Assembly: GCA_000989765.1 (NCBI GenBank)
Contig: LBOW01000005.1
Span: 661-64,660 of the forward strand
DNA from: Candidatus Woesebacteria bacterium GW2011_GWB1_33_22
GTDB taxonomy: Bacteria; Patescibacteriota; Microgenomatia; UBA8517
Direction of reading: 5' to 3'
Length of the DNA: 64,000 bases
The position numbers and the translations under genes were made by a program. The notes under the pieces are model-generated. The model searched no databases. It was not told where the DNA came from and worked only from the letters and a program-made list of their open reading frames with translations. Shown one piece after another: positions 47,548 to 57,613 of the stretch; the first letter of the stretch is position 1; every line of letters begins with the position of its first letter.

Positions 47548-49574
47548 TGTTCTGAAGATAATACCACTTCTATATTTTTTGAAACATGTGGTAATGTCGC
47601 CAACTTTCCACGAAGGAGGGGTGGTAAACGAAATTCTGCATTGACAAATCCTGGAATGCTTTGTAAATACTCTTCGGCGACTGTCGGATATCTACCCGCT
47701 ATTTTCTTGGCTATATCTACAGTATTTATACTAGGTAACAAGTTGGCAGCAATTTTAACCGTAATCTTTTCTTTTTCTTCTCCATCGGTAAATGAATATG
47801 ATATTTGATCATCTCTCAAAATAAACCCAGAGGGGACTCTCTCTTCCAAGGTCTTTTTGGAAATGATTGTTAGATCGTTTTTAGATATGGCTATTGCTGT
47901 AAATTTTAGATTCAATGATAATTTTATTGTTGAGGCCTCGTCTCCTACTTTATTACTAAAATCCTCTTCTTCACTTTCAAAAACAATTGATGTATCAACA
48001 ATCATTTTTTCACTAGAAAGTTGACCAGCCAATTTAGTTTGAGCCTGATTTGTCAATTCTTTCGTTAATTCTGCAAGTAATTTCTTCCTATCGTCTTCAG
48101 AAACAGCCGATATCTGACGGCTAGAACCTCCAGTAAAGTTGGCGGTAATTGTAGCATCAACCTCAGCTTTTGGATAATTACCCACTTTAAGTATTTCGTC
48201 TTTGGCTAAATTATATTCAGAACCAATGTTTCCCGCCTCAACATCCAAAACTGTCGTACCCGGCTCACTTGGGGATAATGCTCCTGAAACTGAAGCTTGT
48301 TTTGATGTTACAAATCTCAAATCAGAGGAGGAAAGAAGTACAGTTCCAGCTACTAAATTTATTGGAAAGGCTGTACCATTTTGAATTTTTACTTGACCTT
48401 TTGCTTTTTCTCCTACAGTTTTGATTCCTGTGGTTGATTTTGTTTTTTCTCCAGCCACCAATGTCTCAACTGTATCGGCTGATAGATCGCTACCCAAGTT
48501 GATAGTAATATTGTCTTCTAGTTTTTTAGGTGCAACAAATATAGTTACAGTTGCTTTAGGTAAAAACCACCAAGCCAAAAAAAATAGTATAAAAACCACA
48601 AAAAGTGATATTCCACCAAAAATAAATGGTTTACCTGAAAACGAAAAATTTATCTTGGGAAATTTTGGTAACTGAATATCAAATTTAGGCAATTTAGGAA
48701 AATTCTTAGGCGTATCTACAACAAAACCCAAGTCGGCAACAGTAATTCCCTCCGGCTCGCTAATATTTTTAATCTCCTCTTCTGGTACATTGGGGACATT
48801 GGTATCTGTTTCAGTGTTATCTAAAACACCATCAACTTGACTTATTTCGGAACCACCAGCAAGAGACACTGCTAATATCTTTTCGTTGGGATTAAGTATT
48901 TCAATTGTGGGAGCATGAAGAAATTTTAAAGTTTCAATCTTTTCCCAATCAATTTTATCTAAATTATTCTTAATCTCCTCTAATTCTGTTTCTTTTTGGT
49001 TGTAAAGTATTATTCTAGATGGAAAATTCTGTAAGTCGGTGGTTAACCTACTTAAACCTTCAAGTAAATCGTCTGATACTAATATGCTTCTTGACACAAC
49101 AGTTGTGCCAACAAGTTTTCCTAAGTTAAAAACTGACAAATCTAGACTCCCATCACTTACTCCCAAAGTTATACCTGAAAAAAAAGTTTGTTCTTTGCTC
49201 TTGATAAAATGAGATATGGCTTCAGGCAAAACAACGAAACCAGATGGAACCAGTGATAGATCACCACAAATTTTCTTTAATTTAAGAAGATATTCTTCTT
49301 TAATGTTCCCATTTTCAAGCCAGGATGAAGATACACCAAAAACAGTTTTACTAGGATCTTGAAAATCTTCAGCTAAACTTTGAGTGCAACTTGACAAGGT
49401 CGCGTCAACCGCTTCACTTAAATCACCCTCCCAGCGAGTGCCGGGTGAAGATGCAACAATCTCGACTTTTCCATCTTTAATCTGCCAAATCGCAGAGGTA
49501 ACCCACTGGCTTTCGATTAATATCGACCAATAAGCTTCTCTTGCTTCTTCATTTTTTTTCAAAAAATCTAACAT
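47544..49574 (-). CDS. Bitopic membrane protein: FtsA/actin-like N-domain, TM, baseplate-J-like C-domain
   Basis: Central TM (IFGGISLFVVFILFFLAWWFL); KAKGQV.IQN...GTVL, VEA..IGSEYN, FTGG resemble baseplate J/gp47 (by eye). Confidence 0.6.
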   Translation of the reverse strand: MLDFLKKNEEAREAYWSILIESQWVTSAIWQIKDGKVEIVASSPGTRWEGDLSEAVDATLSSCTQSLAEDFQDPSKTVFGVSSSWLENGNIKEEYLLKLKKICGDLSLVPSGFVVLPEAISHFIKSKEQTFFSGITLGVSDGSLDLSVFNLGKLVGTTVVSRSILVSDDLLEGLSRLTTDLQNFPSRIILYNQKETELEEIKNNLDKIDWEKIETLKFLHAPTIEILNPNEKILAVSLAGGSEISQVDGVLDNTETDTNVPNVPEEEIKNISEPEGITVADLGFVVDTPKNFPKLPKFDIQLPKFPKINFSFSGKPFIFGGISLFVVFILFFLAWWFLPKATVTIFVAPKKLEDNITINLGSDLSADTVETLVAGEKTKSTTGIKTVGEKAKGQVKIQNGTAFPINLVAGTVLLSSSDLRFVTSKQASVSGALSPSEPGTTVLDVEAGNIGSEYNLAKDEILKVGNYPKAEVDATITANFTGGSSRQISAVSEDDRKKLLAELTKELTNQAQTKLAGQLSSEKMIVDTSIVFESEEEDFSNKVGDEASTIKLSLNLKFTAIAISKNDLTIISKKTLEERVPSGFILRDDQISYSFTDGEEKEKITVKIAANLLPSINTVDIAKKIAGRYPTVAEEYLQSIPGFVNAEFRLPPLLRGKLATLPHVSKNIEVVLSSEQ

Positions 49575-51222
49575 ATATTCGAATTATTCCTGATCCTATT
49601 TTCTCCTGTTTAATCATTTTAGCACGCCCTAAAAGTTTTGTGTTAGTTACATGTGGTCCACCACAAATCTCAAGACTAAAATTTCCAACTTTATATACTT
49701 TTACTTTATCACCATATTTTTCAGCAAAGAAATGTAAAGCGCCTTTTTTAATGGCTTCGTCTGGGGTTGTTTCAATAAAAGAAACTGGTAAATCTTCATC
49801 AATTTTTTTGTTAATTAAATTAAAGACTGATTTTACTTGTTCATCTGATAATTTATCAGGATATGAAAAATCAAATCTCAATCTTTCGTGGGTTATGTGG
49901 CTTCCTTTTTGGGCAACAGTATCTCCTAAAACCCTTCTTAAACTAGCATGTAATAAATGGGTAAGTGTATGAAGCTTTGTTGTTTCTTCACTATGATCAA
50001 CAAGTCCTCCTTTAAATATTCCAGTTGATAAGTTTTTTGAAGCCTCTTTATGTTTTTCAAACTCTTTTTTGAAATCGTCAAGATTTACTTCTTGACCTTT
50101 GTCCTTAAAAAGTTCAACTGTTAATTCAAGGGGAAAACCATATGACTGATATAGATCGAAGGCAATTTTACCAGAAATCTTTTTAACTTTTTGTATTTCT
50201 TTTAAACCTTTGTCAAGGCTTACTTTAAACTTTTTTACTTCATTCAAAATAACCTCATTATCTGTAATTTTATCAACTTCACTAGTTTTTACAGCAATTC
50301 TTCGAATAAGTCTTCTTAAAACATAACCATGCATTTTATTTGAGGGTACAACTCCGTTTTTAATTAGTGCTTCTGAAGCCCTTAAATGGTCAGCAATTAT
50401 TCTAAAATTTTTCTTTTCTTCTTCATATTTTTTACCTGTAATTCCTTCAAATTTTTGTATATTTGGCCAAAATATATCAGTTTTAAAAATATCAGGATCA
50501 TTGTTTAAAGCAGCAGTTATTCTTTCAAGCCCACCACCAAAATCAACATTTTTTTGTGACAATTCAATAAGTTTTTCTTTTCTTTTAAAATATTGCATAA
50601 AAACTGAATTACCAATTTCTAAAAACCTGCCACAATCACAGTTGGGATGACAATCCTCACCCCCGAAGTCAAAAAAAATCTCTGAATCTGGGCCACCAAT
50701 TTCTCCCTCTGGCATTTTGTCAGGAACTCCACTCCTGCTCCACCAATTTTTACCAACACCATAGTAATAAATATGATCTTCCGTTACTCCTAAACTTTTC
50801 CAAATTCTATAACTTTCAATGTCTTTTGTAATGTCTGGTGTTCCTTCAAAACAAGAAACATAAAGTTTGTTTTTATCAAACCTTAGTTCTTTTGTTAAAA
50901 ATTCCCATATCCAAGATAGTTGTTCTTTTTTAAAGTAATCGCCCAGACTCCAATTACCTAACATCTCAAAATATGTTAAATGTCTATTATCCCCAACTTC
51001 ATCTATATCAATTGTTCTAATTGCTGGTTGAAAATCTACGAGTTTAGTTCCCAACTCATGCTTTTTACCCATCAAATATGGAACCAGCGGTTGCATGCCA
51101 CTTGAGGTAAAAAGTGTAGTTGGATCATTTTCCAAAACCAAAGGAGCAGGGGGAATAATCACATGCCCTCTTTTTTCAAAAAACTTTAAATATTTTTCCC
51201 TTACCTCACTAGAAGTTATCAT
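49549..51222 (-). CDS. alaS: Alanine--tRNA ligase (compact)
   Basis: LFTSSGMQP, HLTYFEMLGNWS.GDYFK, editing HTLTH and CGGPH. Confidence 0.97.
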   Translation of the reverse strand: MITSSEVREKYLKFFEKRGHVIIPPAPLVLENDPTTLFTSSGMQPLVPYLMGKKHELGTKLVDFQPAIRTIDIDEVGDNRHLTYFEMLGNWSLGDYFKKEQLSWIWEFLTKELRFDKNKLYVSCFEGTPDITKDIESYRIWKSLGVTEDHIYYYGVGKNWWSRSGVPDKMPEGEIGGPDSEIFFDFGGEDCHPNCDCGRFLEIGNSVFMQYFKRKEKLIELSQKNVDFGGGLERITAALNNDPDIFKTDIFWPNIQKFEGITGKKYEEEKKNFRIIADHLRASEALIKNGVVPSNKMHGYVLRRLIRRIAVKTSEVDKITDNEVILNEVKKFKVSLDKGLKEIQKVKKISGKIAFDLYQSYGFPLELTVELFKDKGQEVNLDDFKKEFEKHKEASKNLSTGIFKGGLVDHSEETTKLHTLTHLLHASLRRVLGDTVAQKGSHITHERLRFDFSYPDKLSDEQVKSVFNLINKKIDEDLPVSFIETTPDEAIKKGALHFFAEKYGDKVKVYKVGNFSLEICGGPHVTNTKLLGRAKMIKQEKIGSGIIRIYVRFFEKK

Positions 51223-51248
51223 TGTGGCTAAATTATAACAGATTATAT

Positions 51249-51485
51249 TTACTCTTGTCCGTGGGTGGTAATAGATTTATCTTTTTTAAACATTTCTGCA
51301 ATACCAGTCAAACGTTCAGGTCTAATTAACCCTCCACCTAAAATTGAATCTTCTAAAATTGAGTTTAATCTTTTAACAGAACGTCTTAAATCTAAAATAA
51401 TAAAAACAACCTGAACACCAACAATAACCAGAAGTACTGTTAAAGTTATAACTACAATTACTAAAAGTCTTTGTACGCTATCCAT
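51249..51485 (-). CDS. Small single-TM protein
   Basis: Long N-terminal hydrophobic helix followed by amphipathic segment. Confidence 0.7.
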   Translation of the reverse strand: MDSVQRLLVIVVITLTVLLVIVGVQVVFIILDLRRSVKRLNSILEDSILGGGLIRPERLTGIAEMFKKDKSITTHGQE

Positions 51486-51488
51486 ATT

Positions 51489-52112
51489 TTATTTTTCTAT
51501 TTCTATTTTTCTTACTACTTCAGTTACTTTACCAGATCTAGAAGTCGATTTGAATCTAATTTCTTTTGTATCTTTAGTAACTTCAATTTCTGTTATAAAT
51601 TTACCATCTTGGTCTAATATAACAGGCTGATTATTAACGGTTAAGATTGCATCTGTTGTTGTTTTACCTTCAATTTTAACTTTGTTTTGTAATACTTGTT
51701 CATTTTCTTTTGGACTAACAACTATTAATTCTGGTGGTCTTATAAACTTTAGGTATTCAAAACCTAGATATCCCAAAACCAAAAAAAGTAAAAGACTAAT
51801 TCCAACAACAAAGGTTAATTTTGGAGACCATACAAATTTATTCCCAACATCAGGAGTTGGATTAATTGCTAGTTTTTTGGGAGGATAATCTCTTCTTAGA
51901 ATTGCATTTACATTATTTGTAGAAAGACCTAGGGAACTAGTTATATTTTTAACAAAACCTGAAACAACAGGAAATTCAGGCAAATTATTCCAATCGTTGT
52001 TTTCCAAATTTAGAATAAATTCCCTTTTAATTTTTGTTAAATTTTCAAGTTTAGTTAAGGAAAAACCCTTTTTTAATCGAGCTTCCTTTAATATTTGACC
52101 AATTGTATTCAT
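51489..52112 (-). CDS. RodZ-like HTH-TM-Ig protein
   Basis: IGQILKEAR...TKI...LE...LP...GF.K HTH, TM, Ig-like C-terminus; next to ftsK. Confidence 0.8.
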   Translation of the reverse strand: MNTIGQILKEARLKKGFSLTKLENLTKIKREFILNLENNDWNNLPEFPVVSGFVKNITSSLGLSTNNVNAILRRDYPPKKLAINPTPDVGNKFVWSPKLTFVVGISLLLFLVLGYLGFEYLKFIRPPELIVVSPKENEQVLQNKVKIEGKTTTDAILTVNNQPVILDQDGKFITEIEVTKDTKEIRFKSTSRSGKVTEVVRKIEIEK

Positions 52113-54187
52113 TTGGAGCCTATACTATTTAGGAAATCTTCAGCATTTTTAATTAAAACTTCCCTAGGTTTTGATGAACCATCTGATGGGGCAATAACAC
52201 CAGCATCTTGTAATTGATCAACAACCCTGGCTGCTCTTGCATATCCAATGGAAAGTCTTCTTTGAAGAAGTGATGCAGAAGCTCTGTCGTACTGACAAAC
52301 AACTTTTACAGCCTCACTAAACAAATCGTCTGTATCTCCCATCACTCCAGCAATTGCTGGTTTTCCTGATTTAGTCATTGTTGTAACCTCATCTGTATAT
52401 TGGACAGGTATTCCTTGGTTTTTAATAAAACTAACGAGATTTTTAATCTCAGCATCATTTACAAACGCGCCTTGAATTCTTGAAGGTTTAGCTTGGTCTG
52501 GAGGCAAAAATAGCATATCTCCCTTTCCTAAAAGTTTTTCAGCCCCTTGAATATCTAATATAACCCTTGAATCAACTTGTGATGAAACCGCGAAAGCAAT
52601 ACGACACGGAATATTAGCTTTAATTAAACCGGTTATAACATTAACAGAAGGTCTTTGAGTTGCAAGAACCATGTGAATGCCAACAGCACGGCTCATTTGA
52701 GCTATTCTTGTAATGGCATCTTCAACTTCAACCGGAGAAAGAAGCATTACATCAGCCAATTCGTCAATCAATAAAACAATATAAGGTAGGACTTGAAAAC
52801 CGCTCATTTCATTATATGAGTCTATATTTCTTGCACCAGCCTGTTGAAATAATTCATATCTTCTATCCATTTCTCTTGTTAACCAGCGAAGAGCTGACAA
52901 TACCTTGTCTGTCTCAACAATAACAGGAGATAAGAGATGTGGAATATCATTGTAACCTGTAAGTTCAACTCTTTTAGGATCAACCATAATAAATTTAACT
53001 TCAGATGGAGAGGCCCTATAAAGAATTGATGCTAAAAATGTATTGATGCAAACTGATTTACCAGAACCTGTTTGGCCAGCAATTAAAACATGTGGCATTT
53101 TATTTAGGTCTGCTATGACAGGTTTCCCAGAAACATCAAGACCTAAAGTAACTGCCAGTTTTGATTTTTTACTTACCATTTCTTCAGATTCAAGAATTCT
53201 TTTTATTGGTACAAATTCGGGAGATCTATTGGGAAGTTCTATTCCCACTAAGTTTCTTCCAGGTATTGGGGCTTCTATTCTTATAGTACCTGTTGGTGCA
53301 GAGAGAGCAAGAGCTAAATCTCGTTCTAAAGCTGTAATTTTACTAAGCTTAGTACCGAGTGCGACTTGGATTGCATACTGTGTAACTGCAGGGCCTAGGT
53401 TAACTTCGACAATATTTGCAGTAATTCCAAACGACTCAAGTGTTTTTTCAATAATGTCTGCGTTTCCATTTATGTCTCCTCGGTCAACTTTTCCAATCTG
53501 ATCACTAGAAAAAAGGTCGATTGGTGGATACTTCCAAATAGAATCCTCCCCCTTAATATTACTTATTAGTTTTTCTTCGAATACTTCCTTTGGTTTTGAT
53601 GAATTAACTACTACCGGGGATACTGTAGAACCTGAAATTTTAAAATCTTTTCTAGGAAAAATTCTACCTCCACCAGCAGATTTCTGTCCAAAAATATAAA
53701 GATTAATTGTACCCCAAAAAGATTTGAGAATCTTAAACACTTGATCAAAAGATGTATTAAACAAGATTACAAGCCCAGTTAAGGTAATTCCAAAAAAAAT
53801 AATTACAGCTCCAGCAGGAGTAACAAGTGTTGAAACACCGTCCCAAAAAACTAAACCTAAATTGCCCGATCTACCAATACCAGCAAGGGACAAAAAAACC
53901 AAAATTGAACCGACGATTACATTTGGTTGAGAAAGTGGAAGTTTAATTTTACTAACCAAGAATGAAAAGGATAGAAATATAAAAGGTAAGAAAATTGTTG
54001 CCCAGCCAAAAATCTCCATCATTATGTCGTTGAAACGAACCAGAATTAAACCCCTTCTTGAAAAAGAAATAATTATAAGAAAGGCGGAAGCTAAAAAAAA
54101 TACTTGGGCAATTGAAGCCATTGTTTGAGGCTTAAGTTTTAATTTAAAAGCTCTTTTATCAATTCTTCTCTTGTGTTTCTTAGCCAT
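52109..54187 (-). CDS. ftsK: DNA translocase FtsK/SpoIIIE
   Basis: PHVLIAGQTGSGKSV, DELAD, ATQRPS, gamma domain LQRRLSIGYARAAR. Confidence 0.97.
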   Translation of the reverse strand: MAKKHKRRIDKRAFKLKLKPQTMASIAQVFFLASAFLIIISFSRRGLILVRFNDIMMEIFGWATIFLPFIFLSFSFLVSKIKLPLSQPNVIVGSILVFLSLAGIGRSGNLGLVFWDGVSTLVTPAGAVIIFFGITLTGLVILFNTSFDQVFKILKSFWGTINLYIFGQKSAGGGRIFPRKDFKISGSTVSPVVVNSSKPKEVFEEKLISNIKGEDSIWKYPPIDLFSSDQIGKVDRGDINGNADIIEKTLESFGITANIVEVNLGPAVTQYAIQVALGTKLSKITALERDLALALSAPTGTIRIEAPIPGRNLVGIELPNRSPEFVPIKRILESEEMVSKKSKLAVTLGLDVSGKPVIADLNKMPHVLIAGQTGSGKSVCINTFLASILYRASPSEVKFIMVDPKRVELTGYNDIPHLLSPVIVETDKVLSALRWLTREMDRRYELFQQAGARNIDSYNEMSGFQVLPYIVLLIDELADVMLLSPVEVEDAITRIAQMSRAVGIHMVLATQRPSVNVITGLIKANIPCRIAFAVSSQVDSRVILDIQGAEKLLGKGDMLFLPPDQAKPSRIQGAFVNDAEIKNLVSFIKNQGIPVQYTDEVTTMTKSGKPAIAGVMGDTDDLFSEAVKVVCQYDRASASLLQRRLSIGYARAARVVDQLQDAGVIAPSDGSSKPREVLIKNAEDFLNSIGSK

Positions 54188-54210
54188 ATATTCATTATAG
54201 CTAAGTTCTG

Positions 54211-55869
54211 TTAAACCTCAACCACCACAGGAAGAATCATGGGGTGGCGACGAGTTTTGTCAAAGAAATACTTTTCCAAAACTTGAATTGAAAAGTTTTT
54301 CATTGTAGGAATATCTTTTAAATTCTTTTTTTGTAAAAAATTAAATAATTCCTGTTCTCCACCATCTAAAATTCCTCCAAATTTTTGCTGGAATACAAAA
54401 CCCCTACTTGTTAATTCTGGTTTTTCAATTAAAGTTTTACTATTTTTATTAATCTTCAAAGCAACAACTACAATACCTTCATCACCTAGTAAAGTCCTAT
54501 CTTCCAAAACAACTTTACCTATATCTCCTATTCCTAAGCCATGAACAAAGACCTCTTTTACTGGTATTGTTTCACTCCTTTTAGCCTCTTCGCCATCAAA
54601 GATAACACTTTCTCCAGGTTTAAGACGAAGTACATTTTCAGCTTTTGCGCCAAATTTAACAGCCAATTTTTCATATGCTTTCATGTATCTTATTGTCCCG
54701 CCAGTAGGAACAAAATATTTAGGATTTACAATTTTAAATAGTTCTACAATATCTCCTTGTGTTCCATGCCCCGAAACATGAAGGCCCTCATGTAAATCGT
54801 AGTAATGAACATCCACCCCAATGTCAGTTAGTTTATCAACTATAAAATCAATAGATTCTTTTGAATACGCAGGACCTGGATCTGCAGAAAAAATAAATGT
54901 GTCGTTTGGATTAATCTGAACTCTCTCATGTTCACCCAAGGCAAGTCTATAAACAGAACTTCCAGGCTGACCATAACAACCCGCAATAATATACATTAAT
55001 TTACTGGGGTTATATTTTTTTGATTCCCTTAAATCAATTACTTGGTTTGGTAAGTATTTTATGTATTTCAAGTTATAGGCAATTTCGATTTTACTTTGAA
55101 CTGATCTGCCAACTAAAACCACTTTTCGATTTAATCTTTGGGCAACATTCATCATTTGTTGAAACCTTCCAATCGAAGAGGAAATCGCAGTCATATAAAG
55201 AGTCTGTGGGGCACTTTTAGCAATGTTAAACATATTCTCTTCTATCTCAACTCCAGATGGAGCCATACCTGGATCATTTGAACCTAAACAATCAGACATT
55301 AGACAAAGTACAGGTTTTTCAGCTGCCAACCTTTTACATTTTTCAGTATCAAAATTCATTCCATCGGTAGAATTTTGGTCCATTTTATGCTCTGCTACAT
55401 GAAACGTTCTGCCGGCTGGAGAATCAATTGCATAACCTACAGTATCAGGCACAGAATGTGCAACCCTAAAGGGGGAAAACTTAAATGCTCCAACTTCAAA
55501 TGTATCTCTATCTGGATTAAAGGTATTTAATTTATAGTTAACAACTTGATAATCTTTAAATTTTACTTTTAAAAATTCGGTAACAATTGGAGGACACCAA
55601 ATGGGAACATTAACCTCACGAAGTAAAAAGGGGAGAGCGCCTACATGATCGTCATGCCCTTGAGAGACCACAACACCTTTTAGTTTATGTTTATTTTTAA
55701 TAATGTAGGAAAAATCAGGAAGCACTAGTTCTACTCCTGGCATTTCCAAATCTGGAAAACCAACACCACAATCAAGAATCACCATGTCGTTTCCGTATTC
55801 ATACACATATAAATTCTCAGTAACATCTGTGGTTCCTGAAAGTGCAATGAATTTTAAAGAAGGTTTCAT
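54211..55869 (-). CDS. rnj: Ribonuclease J with degenerate metal ligands
   Basis: DCGVGFP, HSVPD, HVSGHG, RGFV, PMILPVVVEV. Confidence 0.92.
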   Translation of the reverse strand: MKPSLKFIALSGTTDVTENLYVYEYGNDMVILDCGVGFPDLEMPGVELVLPDFSYIIKNKHKLKGVVVSQGHDDHVGALPFLLREVNVPIWCPPIVTEFLKVKFKDYQVVNYKLNTFNPDRDTFEVGAFKFSPFRVAHSVPDTVGYAIDSPAGRTFHVAEHKMDQNSTDGMNFDTEKCKRLAAEKPVLCLMSDCLGSNDPGMAPSGVEIEENMFNIAKSAPQTLYMTAISSSIGRFQQMMNVAQRLNRKVVLVGRSVQSKIEIAYNLKYIKYLPNQVIDLRESKKYNPSKLMYIIAGCYGQPGSSVYRLALGEHERVQINPNDTFIFSADPGPAYSKESIDFIVDKLTDIGVDVHYYDLHEGLHVSGHGTQGDIVELFKIVNPKYFVPTGGTIRYMKAYEKLAVKFGAKAENVLRLKPGESVIFDGEEAKRSETIPVKEVFVHGLGIGDIGKVVLEDRTLLGDEGIVVVALKINKNSKTLIEKPELTSRGFVFQQKFGGILDGGEQELFNFLQKKNLKDIPTMKNFSIQVLEKYFFDKTRRHPMILPVVVEV

Positions 55870-56483
55870 ACTAAAGTTTCTTGTTCTAATATCACTTTAT
55901 CATCTTTGGTGTCTAAAATCTCAGGCAAAAGTTTACCCATTTCAACAAAATCTGTTTGTTCTTGCCTTAAAATATTTCCATTCCTTAAAGATGCAGCAGG
56001 GTGATACATCGGGAAGACAACGACATTTTTATTCTGCCAAATAACATCATGCTTTTTACCATGAACTTGACTTATGAATACATTGGGTAAAAACTTTGTC
56101 ATTGAAAAGCGACCCAATGTAATTATTACATTGGGATTTAAGATATTTATTATTTGATCAAGATACTTGCTATAGCTAGTTATTTCTTCAGGTAGTGGGT
56201 CGCGATTTTCAGGTGGTCTATGATGTACAACGTTTGTAATAAACACCTTTTTTCTCTCTAAACCAGCAAGAATTAATAATTTGTCCAGTAACTTTCCTGC
56301 CTGTCCAACAAAGGGTAAGCCCTGCAAATCTTCCTGTCTTCCAGGGCCCTCTCCGACGCACAATATTTTGCTTTCTGTATTTCCAGATCCAAACACAAGT
56401 TTTGTCGCACCTTTTTTAAGAGAAAGTGAGTCATCCTTTTCCATTTGATCTTTGAGTTTGTGAAGTTTTTCAAATTTACTCAT
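55866..56483 (-). CDS. Uracil-DNA glycosylase family 4-like, without Fe-S cysteines
   Basis: GEGPG..ED..G.PFVG.AG.LL, RPPENRDP, YHPAA. Confidence 0.92.
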   Translation of the reverse strand: MSKFEKLHKLKDQMEKDDSLSLKKGATKLVFGSGNTESKILCVGEGPGRQEDLQGLPFVGQAGKLLDKLLILAGLERKKVFITNVVHHRPPENRDPLPEEITSYSKYLDQIINILNPNVIITLGRFSMTKFLPNVFISQVHGKKHDVIWQNKNVVVFPMYHPAASLRNGNILRQEQTDFVEMGKLLPEILDTKDDKVILEQETLV

Positions 56484-56484
56484 C

Positions 56485-56898
56485 TTAATTGCCAATAATT
56501 TCCAGGAATACTTTTGGATTCATTATAATGATGTTTTTATAAACTTTCAGCGACAAAAGATCTTTATCTCCTGTAACTATAATCGAACTTTCGCTTTCTT
56601 CAGCTACTTCTAATACCCTGTTATCATCTCTATCTCTGGCTATATTTATTTCTACTGTGGGATAGACAACATGAGAAAGTGAATTTATTTGCACCTCAAC
56701 TTTTTTAATCATTTCATCTGAAAAATTAAACTTTTGAAGTAAAATTTCCAACAATTCTGAAATAAGTTGAGGTGAGGTGTAAGCAATAAATTCTCTTTTA
56801 ATCAGTTTTTCAATTATTATCTTTGAATTTCCACCAAAAACTAGGGCAGAAATAATAACATTTGTATCTATTACAATTCTAGGAAGATTATCTTCCAT
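56485..56898 (-). CDS. PIN-domain toxin (VapC-like)
   Basis: VIDTNV.ISAL, RDRDDNRVLE.A, IVTGDKDLL. Confidence 0.9.
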   Translation of the reverse strand: MEDNLPRIVIDTNVIISALVFGGNSKIIIEKLIKREFIAYTSPQLISELLEILLQKFNFSDEMIKKVEVQINSLSHVVYPTVEINIARDRDDNRVLEVAEESESSIIVTGDKDLLSLKVYKNIIIMNPKVFLEIIGN

Positions 56899-57136
56899 CT
56901 CGATAATTATTTAGTTTTTCAAAAATATCTTGCTCGCTACTTATTCCCATTTTTTTACCCATCCTTTTTCCGTAGACAAATAGTTCCTCCCACGAGAGTT
57001 TATTAAATAAATATGTCCGAAGCGCTTCTTTAATAAGTTCGCTTCTATTCCTATATTCTTTTTTTGCAACCAAATCAGCTTTTTTTACTAAGTCATTAGG
57101 TAAGGATATATTAAAAGTTTGAGTTAACATATACAT
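56888..57136 (-). CDS. Ribbon-helix-helix antitoxin
   Basis: TFNISLP..L...D......NRSELIKEALR; overlaps the PIN gene. Confidence 0.88.
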   Translation of the reverse strand: MYMLTQTFNISLPNDLVKKADLVAKKEYRNRSELIKEALRTYLFNKLSWEELFVYGKRMGKKMGISSEQDIFEKLNNYRDGR

Positions 57137-57165
57137 ATGTTATACATAGCATGTATGTCTGTCAA
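57126..57165 (-). promoter_or_regulatory. TA promoter with two inverted-repeat operator candidates
   Basis: TTGACA-N17-TAACAT; AACATAT-N2-ATATGTT (57126-57141) and ATACAT-N3-ATGTAT (57142-57156). Confidence 0.6.
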
Positions 57166-57173
57166 GCCCTAAT

Positions 57174-57599
57174 TTACTCATGCATAAATTCTACCTGATT
57201 TGTTTTTGTATCGTAAATTGCAAAGTTAATACCATTTTCTAAAGCTCCAGGATTTATAACATTTTTTTCTTGATTTTGTTTATGCGTATGCCCACAAAAA
57301 ACAATATCAAATTTTTCTCTGTTTTCTTTTAATTTTTTAATATTGTGAATAATTCCAATTTTAACACCATCAATTTCGATTTTTACAAACTCCTCAAATT
57401 TGAAATTTGGATCTATGTCAGCATTTCCCAGACATGAATAAAGTGGAATTCCATAATCAGATACTGACTTTACATTGTCAAAATTACCCCAGTCTCCTGT
57501 ATGAATTATTGCCCCTGCCTTATTTTTTTTTGCAAATCCCATGACATGACGCAAATTAGATAGATTATTATGACTGTCGCCGATTATTAATATCTTCAT
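57174..57599 (-). CDS. YfcE-like metallophosphoesterase
   Basis: DSH, HTGD, GNAD, GHTH, NPG. Confidence 0.9.
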   Translation of the reverse strand: MKILIIGDSHNNLSNLRHVMGFAKKNKAGAIIHTGDWGNFDNVKSVSDYGIPLYSCLGNADIDPNFKFEEFVKIEIDGVKIGIIHNIKKLKENREKFDIVFCGHTHKQNQEKNVINPGALENGINFAIYDTKTNQVEFMHE

Positions 57600-57613
57600 T
57601 TAACTATTTTAAT

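Noticed and set aside
47544-49574. Complete contractile injection system or phage tail locus
   Set aside because: No sheath, tube, spike or other baseplate genes nearby; the protein has a TM and housekeeping neighbours
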